Assembly (NCBI GenBank): GCA_046713235.1
Contig: JBKKBZ010000116.1
Location: forward strand, 2,742 to 66,741
Length of the DNA: 64,000 nt
DNA from: Actinomycetota bacterium
Lineage (GTDB): Bacteria > Actinomycetota > AC-67
Direction: 5' to 3'
Position numbers and translations under genes: made by a program. The notes under the pieces were generated by a model. That model saw nothing but the letters and a program-made list of their open reading frames with translations, did no database searches and was not told where the DNA came from. Positions 9,582 to 20,359 of the stretch are shown in pieces; positions within the stretch are counted from its first letter, which is position 1; each line of letters begins with the position of its first letter.

Positions 9582-12032
9582 CTACTCCGCCTCTACCTCC
9601 GCGATCACCGGGGCCATCGCCGAGATCTGCTGATCCTTGTCGAGGCGCATAACCCGGACCCCCTGAGTGTCCCGCCCCATCCGGGAGATGTCCTTGCAGG
9701 CCATTCGGATCACTACCCCGCTGGAAGAGATGAGGAAGACCTCGTGACCGGGCCGGACGACCATGGCGCCGCGGATCTGGCCGCGACGGGAGGTCAACCG
9801 CGCAGTCTTGACACCCTTACCTCCTCGCCGCTGGCGCGGATAGTGGGTCAGCATCGTGCGCTTGCCGAAGCCGGACTCGGTGACGATGAGTAGCTCCCCA
9901 TTCGGGTCCACGACGTCGAAGGCGACCAATTCGTCGTTGCCTCCAACCCGCATCCCGATGACCCCGGTTGCGGTGCGACCCATCGGCCGGACGTCGTTCT
10001 CGTCGAACGTGATCGAATAGCCGCCTCTCGAGACCATGATGAGCTCGTCCTCGCCCGTCGTCGCGCGAACCTGAACGACTTCGTCGTCTGCGCGCAGGTT
10101 GACGGCGATGATGCCGTCGCGGCGCGAAGAGTCGTACGCCGAGAACAGGGTCTTCTTGATCACGCCGCGTTTCGTCGCGATGACGAGATACTTACGCGTC
10201 GCGTAGTCGCGGGTATCGATCACCGCGGCGATCGACTCGTCCCCGGCCAGAGGAAGCAGGTTGCGCAGGCTGATCCCGCGTGCGGTGCGGTCCTTCTCAG
10301 GGATCTCGTGCGCCTTGATGCGGTAGACCTTGCCGCGATTCGAGAAGAACAGCACGTAGGAAAGGTTTGTCGTCGTCAGCATCTGGCCGACGATGTCTCC
10401 TTCCTTGGGCTTCGCGCCGCGTATCCCCTTGCCACCCCGTCCTTGGGTCCGGAAGACGTTCGACAGCACGCGTTTGATGTACCCGGACCGCGTGATGGTA
10501 ACGACGACGTCGTCGTCGGCGATCAAATCCTCGACGTCGATATCGCCCTCATCGCTGCCGATCTGGGTGCGGCGCTTGTCGGCGTGGCGGGACCGGATCT
10601 CGCCCAGCTCGTCCTTGATGATGCCGCGAATGCGCATCGGATCGGCGAGGATCGCTTTGTATTCGGCGATCTTCGCCGACAGCTCTGCGTGCTCCTCCTC
10701 GATCTTCTGGCGCTCGAGCGCCGCCAGCCGGCGCAACTGCATGTCCAGGATTGCATTCGCCTGGATCTCGCTCAGACTGAACCGTTCCATCAGGGCGGTC
10801 CGCGCCTGATCCGCGTTCGCCGAGGCGCGGATGAGCGCGATGACGGCATCGAGGTTCTGCAGCGCCACCAGCAGCCCTTCGAGGATGTGCGCACGTTCCT
10901 CGGCCTTGCGCAAGCGGAAGCGCGTCCTGCGCGTGACGACGTCGATCTGATGAGCGATGTACGGTGCCAGCACTTGAGGAAGCGACAGCGTCCGCGGGAC
11001 GCCGTCGACGAGCGCGAGGCAGTTCACGCCGAACGAGTCCTGCAGCTGCGTGTGCTTGTAGAGGTTGTTCAGCACGACTTGTGGAATGGAGTCCCGCTTC
11101 AGCTCGATGACGAGCCGCAGACCCTGCCGGTTCGACTCGTTTTTCAATGCCTTGGCCGTCGCAGGGATGCCGGTTATGACCTTCTTCTCGATCAACTCGG
11201 CGATCTTGGCAAGGACCCGATCGCCGGACACCGTGTACGGCAGCTCGGTGACGATGATGCGCTGCTTGCCCGACGCCGTCTCCTCGATCACGGCTTTGCC
11301 GCGAACCTTGACCGAGCCGCGGCCGGTGGTGAACGCATCCTTGATGCTTTCGCGCCCCATGATGATGCCGCCGGTCGGAAAGTCCGGGCCCTTGACGTAC
11401 TTCATCAGTCCGGCAACGGTGATCTCGGGATCGTCGATCATCGCGATCGTGGCGTCGATGACCTCTCCAAGATTGTGCGGCGGAATGTTCGTCGCCATAC
11501 CGACCGCGATCCCGCTGGATCCGTTCACGAGCAGATTGGGAAACCGCGCCGGCAGCGGCATCGGCTCGACCTCTTCGCCGTCGTAGTTGGGCAGGAAGTC
11601 GACGGTCTCTTCATCGATGTCGCGAAGCAGCTCCATCGCAAGCCAGGTAAGCCGGCATTCGCTGTACCGCATCGCCGCCGGCGGATCGCCGTCGACGGAT
11701 CCGAAGTTTCCATGCCCCTGGATCAGCGGTGCGCGCATCGAGAAGTCCTGCGCCATCCGAACCAGCGCATCGTAGATCGCTGTGTCGCCGTGGGGATGGT
11801 ACCGACCCATCACGTCACCGACCACGCGGGCCGACTTCTTAAATGGGCGGTCCGGCCGGATGCCCTGCTCGTTCATGCCGTAGAGAATCCGTCGGTGTAC
11901 CGGCTTCAAACCGTCGCGCACATCGGGCAGCGCGCGTCCGACGATGACCGACATCGCGTAGTCGAGGTAGGAACGCTTGACCTCCTCTTCGATATCGATC
12001 GGTTCGATGTTGGGCTCGAGCGGAAGTGTCAT
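9582..12032 (-). CDS. gyrA: DNA gyrase subunit A
   Basis: [27 protein letters not shown] and the rest of the 816-aa length are GyrA-like. Confidence 0.97.
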   Translation of the reverse strand: MTLPLEPNIEPIDIEEEVKRSYLDYAMSVIVGRALPDVRDGLKPVHRRILYGMNEQGIRPDRPFKKSARVVGDVMGRYHPHGDTAIYDALVRMAQDFSMRAPLIQGHGNFGSVDGDPPAAMRYSECRLTWLAMELLRDIDEETVDFLPNYDGEEVEPMPLPARFPNLLVNGSSGIAVGMATNIPPHNLGEVIDATIAMIDDPEITVAGLMKYVKGPDFPTGGIIMGRESIKDAFTTGRGSVKVRGKAVIEETASGKQRIIVTELPYTVSGDRVLAKIAELIEKKVITGIPATAKALKNESNRQGLRLVIELKRDSIPQVVLNNLYKHTQLQDSFGVNCLALVDGVPRTLSLPQVLAPYIAHQIDVVTRRTRFRLRKAEERAHILEGLLVALQNLDAVIALIRASANADQARTALMERFSLSEIQANAILDMQLRRLAALERQKIEEEHAELSAKIAEYKAILADPMRIRGIIKDELGEIRSRHADKRRTQIGSDEGDIDVEDLIADDDVVVTITRSGYIKRVLSNVFRTQGRGGKGIRGAKPKEGDIVGQMLTTTNLSYVLFFSNRGKVYRIKAHEIPEKDRTARGISLRNLLPLAGDESIAAVIDTRDYATRKYLVIATKRGVIKKTLFSAYDSSRRDGIIAVNLRADDEVVQVRATTGEDELIMVSRGGYSITFDENDVRPMGRTATGVIGMRVGGNDELVAFDVVDPNGELLIVTESGFGKRTMLTHYPRQRRGGKGVKTARLTSRRGQIRGAMVVRPGHEVFLISSSGVVIRMACKDISRMGRDTQGVRVMRLDKDQQISAMAPVIAEVEAE

Positions 12033-12036
12033 CGGC

Positions 12037-13953
12037 TCAGATGTCCACGAACGCGTCCTTCGCGTTCCGCTGGATGAACTCCCGGCGAGACTCCACGTCC
12101 TCGCCCATGAGCACGGTGAAGATCTGGTCGGCCACGGCGGCGTCGTCGAGCGTCACCTGGAGGAGCCGCCGTGTCTCCGGGTTCATCGTGGTATCCCACA
12201 GCTCTTCCGCGTTCATCTCGCCGAGACCCTTGAACCTCTGGATCGGAACCTTCTTGTTCGCCGGCGCCCCGGCGAGCACCTCGTCGCGCTGCCGGTCGCT
12301 GAAGGCGTAGCGCTTCTTTCCCTCGATCACGAGCCGGTAGAGCGGCGGCTGCGCGACGTAGACGTGTCCGGTTTCGACCAGCAAACGCATGTGCCGGAAG
12401 AAAAAGGTCAGCAGAAGCGTGCGGATGTGTGCGCCGTCGACATCGGCGTCGGTGAGGATCACGACCTTCCCGTAGCGCAGCTTCGACACGTCCGACTCCT
12501 CCCCGATGCCTGCCCCGATCGCGGAGATGAGTGCGAGGATCTCGTTGTTCTCCAGGACCTTGTGGAGACGGGCCTTCTCAACGTTGAGGATCTTTCCTCG
12601 GATGGGAAGGATCGCCTGAGTCTCCCGGTTTCGGGCCTGCTTGGCGCTCCCGCCCGCCGAGTCTCCCTCGACAATGAAGACCTCGCACGCATCGGGGTCG
12701 TTCGATGAGCAGTCGGCGAGCTTGCCGGGCAGACCCCCAGCATCGAACGCACTCTTCCGCGCGATGTCGCGCGCCTTCTTTGCGGCGAGCCGGGCGCGGG
12801 CGGCCTGCGTGGCCTTCGCGACCACGCGGCGTCCTTCGGTCGGATGCTCCTCGAACCACTCCGCCAGCCGCGCGTTCAGCGTCCGCTCGACGAACGCGCG
12901 GATCTCGGTGTTGCCGAGCTTGGTCTTGGTCTGTCCCTCGAATTGCGGCTCTCGAAGCTTTATCGACACGATCGCAACGAGGCCCTCACGAATGTCCTCG
13001 CCTTGAAGGTTCTCTTCCTTTTCCTTCAGCAGACCCTTGGCCCGGGCGTAGCGGTTCACGACGTTCGTGAGCGACTTCTTGAAGCCCTCCTCGTGCATTC
13101 CACCTTCGTGGGTGTTGATCGTGTTCGCGAAGGTGTAGATGGAGTCGTTGAAGCCGGCGTTCCACTGGAGCGCCATCTCGATCTCGCGCTCCTCCTCGGC
13201 GGCCTCGAAATAGATGATCTTGTTGAGGGTCTCGCGGCCGGCGCTCAGCGCCTTCACCATGTCTGCGATGCCGCCGGTGAAGCGATAGGTCTGCTCGTTC
13301 TTCGGGTGGGTTCGCTCGTCGGTGAGGGTGATCGACACACCCTTGGTCAGGTAGGCGAGCTCCTTGAGCCGTTGCTGAAGCACGTCGAACTTGAACTCGA
13401 GGTCCTCGAAGACCTGCGGATCGGGCCAGAAGTCGACCGTGGTCCCCGACTTCTGCGATGGTTTACCGCGCTCGAGCTTGGAGGTCGCCTTCCCTCTCGC
13501 GTAGCTTTGCTTCCAGGTGAAACCCTCGCGGTGGACCGTGACCTCGAGGCGCTCGGAGAGGGCGTTCACCACGGAGACACCCACCCCGTGGAGACCTCCG
13601 GAGACCGCATAACCCTTGCCGTCGAACTTTCCGCCGGCATGGAGCACCGTGAGCACAACCTCGAGCGCCGGACGCTTGTCCTTGCGGCCGGGGATCGGCT
13701 GGACGGGGATCCCTGCGCCGTTGTCGGTCACGCGGACTCCCCCGTCGGCCATGAGGACGGCGTCGATCTTGTCGCACCGGCCGGCCAGCGCTTCGTCGAT
13801 CGCGTTGTCGACAACCTCGTAGACCAGGTGATGGAGTCCCCGCGGACCGGTGGAGCCGATGTACATTCCGGGCCTGCGGCGAACCGCTTCGAGCCCCTCC
13901 AGAACCTGGATTTCGCTCGACGTGTAGCTCGTAACCGGCTTGGCCAAGCTCAA
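12037..13953 (-). CDS. gyrB: DNA gyrase subunit B
   Basis: GHKL ATPase and TOPRIM motifs ([26 protein letters not shown]), 638 aa. Confidence 0.97.
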   Translation of the reverse strand: MSLAKPVTSYTSSEIQVLEGLEAVRRRPGMYIGSTGPRGLHHLVYEVVDNAIDEALAGRCDKIDAVLMADGGVRVTDNGAGIPVQPIPGRKDKRPALEVVLTVLHAGGKFDGKGYAVSGGLHGVGVSVVNALSERLEVTVHREGFTWKQSYARGKATSKLERGKPSQKSGTTVDFWPDPQVFEDLEFKFDVLQQRLKELAYLTKGVSITLTDERTHPKNEQTYRFTGGIADMVKALSAGRETLNKIIYFEAAEEEREIEMALQWNAGFNDSIYTFANTINTHEGGMHEEGFKKSLTNVVNRYARAKGLLKEKEENLQGEDIREGLVAIVSIKLREPQFEGQTKTKLGNTEIRAFVERTLNARLAEWFEEHPTEGRRVVAKATQAARARLAAKKARDIARKSAFDAGGLPGKLADCSSNDPDACEVFIVEGDSAGGSAKQARNRETQAILPIRGKILNVEKARLHKVLENNEILALISAIGAGIGEESDVSKLRYGKVVILTDADVDGAHIRTLLLTFFFRHMRLLVETGHVYVAQPPLYRLVIEGKKRYAFSDRQRDEVLAGAPANKKVPIQRFKGLGEMNAEELWDTTMNPETRRLLQVTLDDAAVADQIFTVLMGEDVESRREFIQRNAKDAFVDI

Positions 13954-14130
13954 CTCCTCCAGGGCGTGCCGAAGCCCCGGGGAAGGGGCTCGGGGGGCCG
14001 GATCGGGCGACCGTTTCGAAGACCAATTCTAGCACGTCAGAGGCCTTTTTCGGCACCTCGGAGGCGCCGGTTTCGCCTCCTTCGGAGCATGTCCGACGAG
14101 CCGGACCTCACCTCCGCGGCCGGCTCCCCC

Positions 14131-14475
14131 TCATTCCTGTCTGGCCCGGCCTACGACGGCCCGCACCCGAGTCACCGATCCGGGCGGTAAGACGCCCGCG
14201 ACCCGCTCCAGCAAGGTTGCAGAAAGCAGCGTGAGCTCGGTGGCCCACGTGGGATTCTCGGCGCGAACGAAGAGCTCGCCGTCGACGAGCTTCACCGGTT
14301 CGCATCGGGCCGCGACGGTGGCCCCTACGATCTCCGCCCACCGCGCGGCAAGCTTGCCCAGAGCAAGCCGCTCCGACCAGCCGGGCCGATGACTGAGGTC
14401 CTCAATCAGCTCACCGAGACGCCGCGGGTCCTTGCGCCGCGGGTCCGTGTTGCCGTCATCACGCCGCATCGACAC
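14131..14475 (-). CDS. dciA: DUF721/DciA-like protein (helicase-loader family, Rv0004-like)
   Basis: 114 aa. Lies between recF and gyrB as in Mycobacterium. The DUF721 call rests on gene order and family sequence pattern; no specific motif was identified. Confidence 0.6.
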   Translation of the reverse strand: MSMRRDDGNTDPRRKDPRRLGELIEDLSHRPGWSERLALGKLAARWAEIVGATVAARCEPVKLVDGELFVRAENPTWATELTLLSATLLERVAGVLPPGSVTRVRAVVGRARQE

Positions 14476-15562
14476 GTCCCTCGCCGACGTGGAAGACCTT
14501 GGCTTCGAGCGAATCGGGAACCGCCCCCGGATCGGCCGCCGTGATGATGGCTTGCGCTCCGTCGGGCAGGGCGGCGGCCACTCGCTCGCGCCGCGCCGGG
14601 TCGAGCGGCTCGAGGGCGTCGTCGAGAAGCAGGACCGGCTCGTCCCCGCCCGTCGCTTCCCTCACCGAACTCCACGCCGCGAGCGCGAGCGCGAGCGTCA
14701 CCACCCACGCCTCTCCCTGCGACGCATGGGTCCGTGCCGGCAGGCCGTCGATCCCGAAAGCGACGTCGTCGCGATGAGGCCCCACCAGCGTCATCGCGCG
14801 GATGATCTCGTCCGATCGGCGCTCCTCAATGCGCGCGAGCATCGCCGCTGCCCAAGCTGCTGCGTCTGTTCCCACCCCGGGATGAGGAATGTTCGGACGA
14901 TAGGCGATCTCGAGCAGCCCGCGTCCCGCCACCGCCGCCCAGGCCGCGGCGGCGTGCGGCGCCAGCGCGCGGATGGCGGCTTCGCGCCTCGCCGAGATCT
15001 CTCCGCCGGAGGCCGAGAGCTGCGCGTCCCAGACCTCGATCCCGTCGGGCCTGCGCCCGGCCGACTCCCGTAGCAACGCGTTGCGCTGTCTAAGCGCGCG
15101 TTCGTAATCGCGGAGCACCCCGGCCAGCCGCGGCGTCACTTGCACGAGGATCTCATCGAGGAAGCGCCGGCGCTCGAGCGGATCTCCCCGAACGACCTCG
15201 ACCCGCTCCGGCGCAAAGAGACATGCACGAAGCACGCCGAGAACCTCGCGCTTGCGCCGAAGCGGCTCCCCGTCTAGCCGAACCCGGGACGCCCCCTGAG
15301 AACGGATCTCTACCTCGACCACCTGCTGCCTCACGTCGCGCTGCGTGTGAGCCCGAACGACGGCGCTCACACGGGACCGCTGGATGAGCGCCGGATCGGG
15401 GGCCCGGTGCGAGCCGAGAGTCGCGGCGTACCACGCTGCCTCAACGATTGAGGTTTTACCCGACGCGTTCGGTCCGACCAGTGCCACGCGTCCGGACGGG
15501 ATCGCGAGATCGAGTCCTTCCCAGCACCGGAACCCGTTCAGCTCGAGACGAGCGAGCCGCAC
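14459..15562 (-). CDS. recF: DNA replication/repair protein RecF
   Basis: Walker A GPNASGKTS and an SMC-like N-terminus (LELNGFRCWEGLDL). Confidence 0.9.
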   Translation of the reverse strand: MRLARLELNGFRCWEGLDLAIPSGRVALVGPNASGKTSIVEAAWYAATLGSHRAPDPALIQRSRVSAVVRAHTQRDVRQQVVEVEIRSQGASRVRLDGEPLRRKREVLGVLRACLFAPERVEVVRGDPLERRRFLDEILVQVTPRLAGVLRDYERALRQRNALLRESAGRRPDGIEVWDAQLSASGGEISARREAAIRALAPHAAAAWAAVAGRGLLEIAYRPNIPHPGVGTDAAAWAAAMLARIEERRSDEIIRAMTLVGPHRDDVAFGIDGLPARTHASQGEAWVVTLALALAAWSSVREATGGDEPVLLLDDALEPLDPARRERVAAALPDGAQAIITAADPGAVPDSLEAKVFHVGEGRVDAA

Positions 15563-15570
15563 CCCGCCCT

Positions 15571-16662
15571 CTAGGAAAGGCGTACCGGCATCAGTAGGTA
15601 CTGGAAACCGTCGTCCTGCGCGCCACGTAGCAGCGCCGGCTTTAGGCCGTCGCGCACCGACAAGATCAGCTCTGGTCCCTCGACCGCAGCGATCCCGTCG
15701 CTGAGATACCCCGGGTTGAACGCCACGGTCAGCGCTTCTCCCTCGAAAGTCGCGGCCACGTGCTCCGAAGCCTCTCCAAGATCTTGCGTCCCCGACGTCA
15801 GGCGCACACCTTCGGGCGAGAGATCGAGACGGACGGGCGCACCCTGCTGCGCGAGAATACCGACGCGCCTCACCGACTCGGCGAATGCTTCGCGCTCGAG
15901 ACGAAGGACATTGGGCTGGGCGTCTGGAACCAGTTGCCTCCAGTTCGGAAACTCACCCTCGATCAGACGAGTGGTGAGCCTGCGGGTGCCGGCCTCGACC
16001 CCGGCCTGCGTCGTCCCGAGCGCCAGTCGTACCTCGCTTTCATTGTCGGCGGCGCGCGCCGCTTCGCTCAAGGCGCGCCCCGGCACGACCCGGCGGAGCT
16101 CCTCGTCCGGCCCCGACCACGTGAGTGATCGCACGGCAAGCCGGTAGCTGTCGGTCGCCACCAAGGTAAGGGCGGAAGGACCGGCCTCCAGCAGGACGCC
16201 GGTCAAGATCGGCCGAGCTTCGTCGCGCGAAGCCGCCCGAGCCACCTGACTCACCGCGGAGAGGAAGAGCTTGGCGTCCAGTACACCGGTGTGGCCTTGG
16301 TCGGGAGCGCCGAGCGCAGGGAAATCGTCTGCAGGAAGGACGCGGAGCGTGAACTCCGCGGCACCTCCGACTATGCGAGCTTGAGACGCGTCGGTTTCGA
16401 GGAGAACTCCTCCTTCGGGAAGAGCGCGCACGATCTCGCCGAGCAGACGCCCCGGAAGCACGGCCCGGCCCGGCTGCTCTACCTGCCCCTCGATCTCCGC
16501 CCGGCCGGCGACCTCAAGGTCCGTGCCGGCGAACACGACTTTTCCTTCCCCTGCCTCGATGAGAACCCCGCCGAGCACCGGGAGCGTCGCCTTGCTTCCG
16601 ACCGATCGAAGAACCCATAAAACGACGTCGGCGATCTGGTCACGCTCGATCCGGATCTTCAC
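15571..16662 (-). CDS. dnaN: DNA polymerase III beta sliding clamp
   Basis: 363 aa with the three-domain clamp pattern. Sits downstream of dnaA. Confidence 0.9.
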   Translation of the reverse strand: MKIRIERDQIADVVLWVLRSVGSKATLPVLGGVLIEAGEGKVVFAGTDLEVAGRAEIEGQVEQPGRAVLPGRLLGEIVRALPEGGVLLETDASQARIVGGAAEFTLRVLPADDFPALGAPDQGHTGVLDAKLFLSAVSQVARAASRDEARPILTGVLLEAGPSALTLVATDSYRLAVRSLTWSGPDEELRRVVPGRALSEAARAADNESEVRLALGTTQAGVEAGTRRLTTRLIEGEFPNWRQLVPDAQPNVLRLEREAFAESVRRVGILAQQGAPVRLDLSPEGVRLTSGTQDLGEASEHVAATFEGEALTVAFNPGYLSDGIAAVEGPELILSVRDGLKPALLRGAQDDGFQYLLMPVRLS

Positions 16663-16848
16663 GGTTTCACACCTCCAGGGAGAATCGTACTTCGCGGCTG
16701 TGACAGAACCTTATCCACCCGATCTGTATCCAGGCTTTTAAAGGAATAATTCTGTAGTAACAGTCGTAGGGGCTGGGGACGCTGTGGAGAATGCCACGCC
16801 TTTGGGGAATTCGGCCGTCCCCCGCTGTGCACGGTGTCGTGGATGACA
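16663..16848. promoter_or_regulatory. Candidate oriC (dnaA-dnaN intergenic region)
   Basis: DnaA-box-like 9-mers: TTATCCACC (16711-19), TGTGGAGAA which is the reverse complement of TTCTCCACA (about 16784-92), and TCGTGGATGACA (about 16837-48). An AT-rich stretch (cttttaaaggaataattctgtagtaacag, about 16735-16765) stands out against the high-GC background. Confidence 0.6.
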
Positions 16849-18225
16849 TCAGGCCGATTCCACCTGCTGCGCGGTTCTTCTTCGGATTCTCGCCGTCAAC
16901 TCTTGGACCTGTGAATAGATTTGGCGGTGCTCGCCCATCAGCTTTCGGATCTTGCCATCGGCGTGCAAAACCGTGGTGTGGTCTCGTCCGCCGAAGATCT
17001 CGCCTAGCTTCGGAAGGGACAGCGGGGTCAGCTCCCGGCACAGGTACATGGCCACCTGCCGGGCCAGTACGATCGGGCGCTGGCGCGACGGACCCAGGAG
17101 ATCGCCGCGCGAGATGCCGAAGAACGAAACGCATTCCGCGATAACGACGTCGGGCCGGATCTCGCTGGCGCCCTCGGGAGCCAGCAGCGGGTTGAGAGCC
17201 TCTCGTGCCAGCTCCAGCGTCAGCGGCAGTCTCGACAGGGAGGACCACGATACGACCCGGATGAGCCGGCCCTCGAGCTCACGGATGTTGTTTTGCACGC
17301 GAGTCCCGATGAACTCGAGGACGTCATCGGGAACCTCGAAGCCTTCCGCCCGGGCCTTATTGTGGAGAATCGCCACCCGGGTTTCGAGATCAGGGGGCTG
17401 AACATCGGTGATAAGACCCCATTCGAAGCGGGTGCGCAGGCGATCCTCCAGCGAGGCGATGGCGCTCGGTGGCCGGTCGGAAGAGATGACTATCTGCCGG
17501 CCGTCGTTGTAGAGGGCGTTGAAGGTATGAAAGAACTCCTCTTGGGTGCGCTCACCGGTTGCCAGGAACTGGATATCGTCTACGAGCAGCACGTCGGTCT
17601 CGCGGTAACGCCGGCGGAACGCCGGCATCTTCTCCTCCCGCACGCCGCTGATGAACTCGTTCATGAATTGCTCGCTCGACACGTACCGCACGACCGCGGT
17701 CGGGTAGAGCGAACGGACGCAGTGTCCAATCGCGTGAAGCAAGTGGGTCTTTCCTAGACCGGCTCCCCCATAGATGAAGAGCGGGTTGTACGACCGGGCC
17801 GGTTGCTCGGCGACCGCCAGTGCCGCCGCGTGGGCGAACCGGTTCGAGGGACCGATCACGAACGTGTCGAAGCTGTATTTCGGAATGAGCTGCGAAGCTT
17901 CGGCGGCCGCGCGCAGTGGTGCCGGTACCGGGTCGGCCGGAGCGTCGAGGTCGAACACCTCCGGGGGCGCCGGCCGTGCGTCGACCGTGACCGATAGAGA
18001 AAGCGGCCTCTCCGCGGCAGCCTGCAGAGCCTCCGTGACTAGGCCTGCGTATCTTGTCTCCAGCCACTCCTTGGCGAACGCACTCGGGACTCCGAGGACG
18101 ATTTCGTCCCCGGAGAGGCTGAGCGGCCGGCTTCCTTCGATCCAGGTCTTGGCGCCGGGTGAGGGCAAGCGGTCACGCAGCGTCGCAAGGGTCCTCTGCC
18201 AAATTACGTCAAGTTCGTCGCCCAC
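16849..18225 (-). CDS. dnaA: Chromosomal replication initiator DnaA
   Basis: AAA+ Walker [12 protein letters not shown] and a domain IV HTH. Start chosen as GTG at 18225, preceded by AGGGAGG. The in-frame ATG at 18399 would add a non-DnaA-like N-terminus. Confidence 0.88.
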   Translation of the reverse strand: MGDELDVIWQRTLATLRDRLPSPGAKTWIEGSRPLSLSGDEIVLGVPSAFAKEWLETRYAGLVTEALQAAAERPLSLSVTVDARPAPPEVFDLDAPADPVPAPLRAAAEASQLIPKYSFDTFVIGPSNRFAHAAALAVAEQPARSYNPLFIYGGAGLGKTHLLHAIGHCVRSLYPTAVVRYVSSEQFMNEFISGVREEKMPAFRRRYRETDVLLVDDIQFLATGERTQEEFFHTFNALYNDGRQIVISSDRPPSAIASLEDRLRTRFEWGLITDVQPPDLETRVAILHNKARAEGFEVPDDVLEFIGTRVQNNIRELEGRLIRVVSWSSLSRLPLTLELAREALNPLLAPEGASEIRPDVVIAECVSFFGISRGDLLGPSRQRPIVLARQVAMYLCRELTPLSLPKLGEIFGGRDHTTVLHADGKIRKLMGEHRQIYSQVQELTARIRRRTAQQVESA

Positions 18226-18234
18226 GGGCCTCCC

Positions 18235-18266
18235 TGGTCCACAATGGTTATCCACGGTTGTGCAAA
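18235..18266. promoter_or_regulatory. DnaA-box cluster upstream of dnaA
   Basis: TGGTCCACA (18235-43), TTATCCACG (18248-56) and TTGTGCAAA directly upstream of the dnaA start. A further TTTCCACAG lies at 18384-92. Confidence 0.5.
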
Positions 18267-18501
18267 ACCCTGGGGAAGGATTCACGCGTAGACAAACAGC
18301 AACTTCGCGAGGCCGAGGGAAGGAAGGGCTTGCCCAGTCGCCGACGCTCATCGGCGGACGAGCGGGCGCGAAGATACCATCGGTTTCCACAGACCTCAAG
18401 AGCGGGAAAGCGCCTCACTTTTGCCCCTCTCTAACGGTGACGAGAGGCGCCGATCGGCACGGTTGCGCCCCCACAGGCCGACCCGTAGACTGCGGACTTC
18501 G

Positions 18502-18636
18502 ATGAAGCGCACCTATCAGCCACACGTTCGGCGGCGGAAGCGCACGCACGGGTTCCGTGCACGTATGAAGACGCGCGCCGGCCGCGCCGTGCTTGCTCGC
18601 CGCCGGCGCAAGGGTCGCGCCGAGCTGACCGTGTGA
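18502..18636 (+). CDS. rpmH: 50S ribosomal protein L34
   Basis: [42 protein letters not shown]. Confidence 0.9.
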   Translation: MKRTYQPHVRRRKRTHGFRARMKTRAGRAVLARRRRKGRAELTV

Positions 18637-18995
18637 CCCGGGCTCCCCGCCCGACCATGAAGCGAGCGAACCGCCTCAGGGCGCCCAGCGAGTTCGCGCA
18701 TGTCTACAGCACCGGACGACGCATTCAAGGCGACGGCGTTGCTGCCACCATCGCTTTCTCCCAGGAGCGGGCGCCCCGCGTGGCCGTCACTTGCGCGCGG
18801 CGGTTCGGGACCGGCGTGGCCCGCAACCGGGCAAAGCGACGTCTGCGCGCCGCTATCGCCCCGCTGATCCCGCGCCTGCGGCCGGGATCCGAGACCATTC
18901 TTCAGGCAACCCCTGCGGTGCTCTCCATGAGTTTCCAGGTACTGCACTGGGAGATCATGGAAGTCCTTCGAAAGGGCCAGGTCCTGGATGCTTAG
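18633..18995 (+). CDS. rnpA: RNase P protein component
   Basis: [21 protein letters not shown]...[11 protein letters not shown]. Overlaps the rpmH stop by 4 nt. Confidence 0.8.
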   Translation: MTRAPRPTMKRANRLRAPSEFAHVYSTGRRIQGDGVAATIAFSQERAPRVAVTCARRFGTGVARNRAKRRLRAAIAPLIPRLRPGSETILQATPAVLSMSFQVLHWEIMEVLRKGQVLDA

Positions 18996-19221
18996 GGCCC
19001 TCGCCATCGGGGTTCTCCGGCTCTACCAGGTAACCGCCGGGCGGGTGACCGCCGGGCACTGCCGGTTCCATCCCACGTGCTCGGAGTACGCCCTTCAGGC
19101 GGTGCGATCAGGTGGAGTCGTCCGCGGCATTTTCCTGGCCTCGTGGCGGATCCTTCGTTGCGGGCCGTGGAACCGGGGCGGCGTCGACTACCCGCCGCAT
19201 TCGGCGCGGTCCCATGGCTGA
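18988..19221 (+). CDS. yidD: Membrane protein insertion efficiency factor YidD
   Basis: LYQVTAGRVTAGHCRFHPTCSEYALQAV signature. Confidence 0.8.
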   Translation: MLRALAIGVLRLYQVTAGRVTAGHCRFHPTCSEYALQAVRSGGVVRGIFLASWRILRCGPWNRGGVDYPPHSARSHG

Positions 19222-20359
19222 GCTCTGGGGAGCAATCTTAGGAGGCTTCGGCTTCGCCCTCGATGCCATCTTCCGGGTCGTTCCTTCATACGGCGTAGCG
19301 ATCATCCTGCTCACGCTGGTCGCCCGGGCGCTCATCGCCCCCTTGGGCGTGAAGCAGATCAAGAGCATGCAGCAGATGCAGAAGTTGCAGCCGGAGGTAA
19401 AGAAGCTCCAGCAAAAGCACAAGGGCGACCGTCAGAAGATGAACGAAGAGCTAATGAAGCTCTACCGGGAGCACGGGGCAAACCCGCTCGGCGGCTGCTT
19501 TCCCCTCATCGCGCAGTTCCCCGTTTTCATCGCGCTCTATGCGGTGATTCGCGCCGTGGTGCCTTTCCAGGCCGCTACCGAGTCGCCGATTGCCCAGCTC
19601 CCCAAGGCGACCATCTGCACGCCGGCCGGCGCGACCGGGGACCCGCTCGTTCCCTCGGTCGGCGGTGAGGCGCCGGCTGCGGTCAGCTGCGACATCAAGG
19701 ACGGGACCGAGAGCTTCAAGATCAAACAGTGGAGCACCAGGGTAGGTACTGCGGTCGCCCAGCCGCCCTCCTATCTGGCCCGCTGCAACGTACAGGGCAC
19801 GGACGCCTTCGTTTGCGCCTCGCCACTCGGGACGGGTCACCTACCCAAGGACGGGAAGCTGTTCCGACAGCTGGTCGAGGGCAAGGGGCAGTTCCTCGGC
19901 ATGCATTTGGCTTGCTCGCCTAACCAGGCGGGAAGCAGCAACGGCATCCGCCAATGCACCTCCAGCGCCAAAAAGGCCGCCGGCCCGGCCCTGATCATGT
20001 ACTACCTGCTGGTCCTGGCGATGGCCGGGACGACGTTCTTCCAGCAGCGCCAAATGATGAAGAAGGCTCCTCCTCAGCAGGCGCAGCAGATGAAGGTGAT
20101 GGGCGTCATGATGCCCGTCGTTCTCGGGTTTTTCTCTCTCCAGTTTCCGGCTGCCCTGTCCGTCTACTGGATCACCGGAAACATCTGGACGATCGTCCAG
20201 CAGAAGGTGATCATGGACAGGCAGGAGGCCGCTCAGGCTGCCCAGCCCGCTCCGAAGCCCGAGCCGGGTAAGAAGCCCGGGGGCAACAGCAAGAGGCCCG
20301 GGGGCAACAGCAAGAAGCCCGGCGAGAAGGGAAAAGGGCCGACCAAAGGTAAGGGGTAG
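19214..20359 (+). CDS. yidC: Membrane protein insertase YidC
   Basis: Start at MAELWGAILGG overlapping the yidD stop. Conserved YidC TM core, an about 120-aa Cys-containing loop insert, and a Lys/Gly-rich C-terminal tail. Confidence 0.85.
   Translation: MAELWGAILGGFGFALDAIFRVVPSYGVAIILLTLVARALIAPLGVKQIKSMQQMQKLQPEVKKLQQKHKGDRQKMNEELMKLYREHGANPLGGCFPLIAQFPVFIALYAVIRAVVPFQAATESPIAQLPKATICTPAGATGDPLVPSVGGEAPAAVSCDIKDGTESFKIKQWSTRVGTAVAQPPSYLARCNVQGTDAFVCASPLGTGHLPKDGKLFRQLVEGKGQFLGMHLACSPNQAGSSNGIRQCTSSAKKAAGPALIMYYLLVLAMAGTTFFQQRQMMKKAPPQQAQQMKVMGVMMPVVLGFFSLQFPAALSVYWITGNIWTIVQQKVIMDRQEAAQAAQPAPKPEPGKKPGGNSKRPGGNSKKPGEKGKGPTKGKG
20273..20322 (+). repeat. 21-nt tandem repeat in the yidC tail (GGNSKRP/GGNSKKP)
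   Basis: agcccgggggcaacagcaaga occurs twice in tandem, then a partial third unit. Confidence 0.7.

Noticed and set aside
11377-11391. GGAAAGTCCGGGCCC, resembling the RNase P RNA P4 motif
   Set aside because: It lies inside gyrA coding sequence on the wrong strand context, with no surrounding rnpB-like structure. It is most likely a coincidence.
10308-12077. 589-aa plus-strand ORF antisense to gyrA
   Set aside because: It completely overlaps a high-confidence gyrA on the opposite strand. Arg/Asp/Leu-rich shadow frames like this are typical of GC3-biased genomes.
18226-18399. ATG at 18399 as the dnaA start
   Set aside because: The extra 58 residues ([16 protein letters not shown]…) have no DnaA domain-I character, and the segment contains the DnaA-box cluster. 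GTG at 18225 with AGGGAGG upstream fits better, though this remains uncertain.
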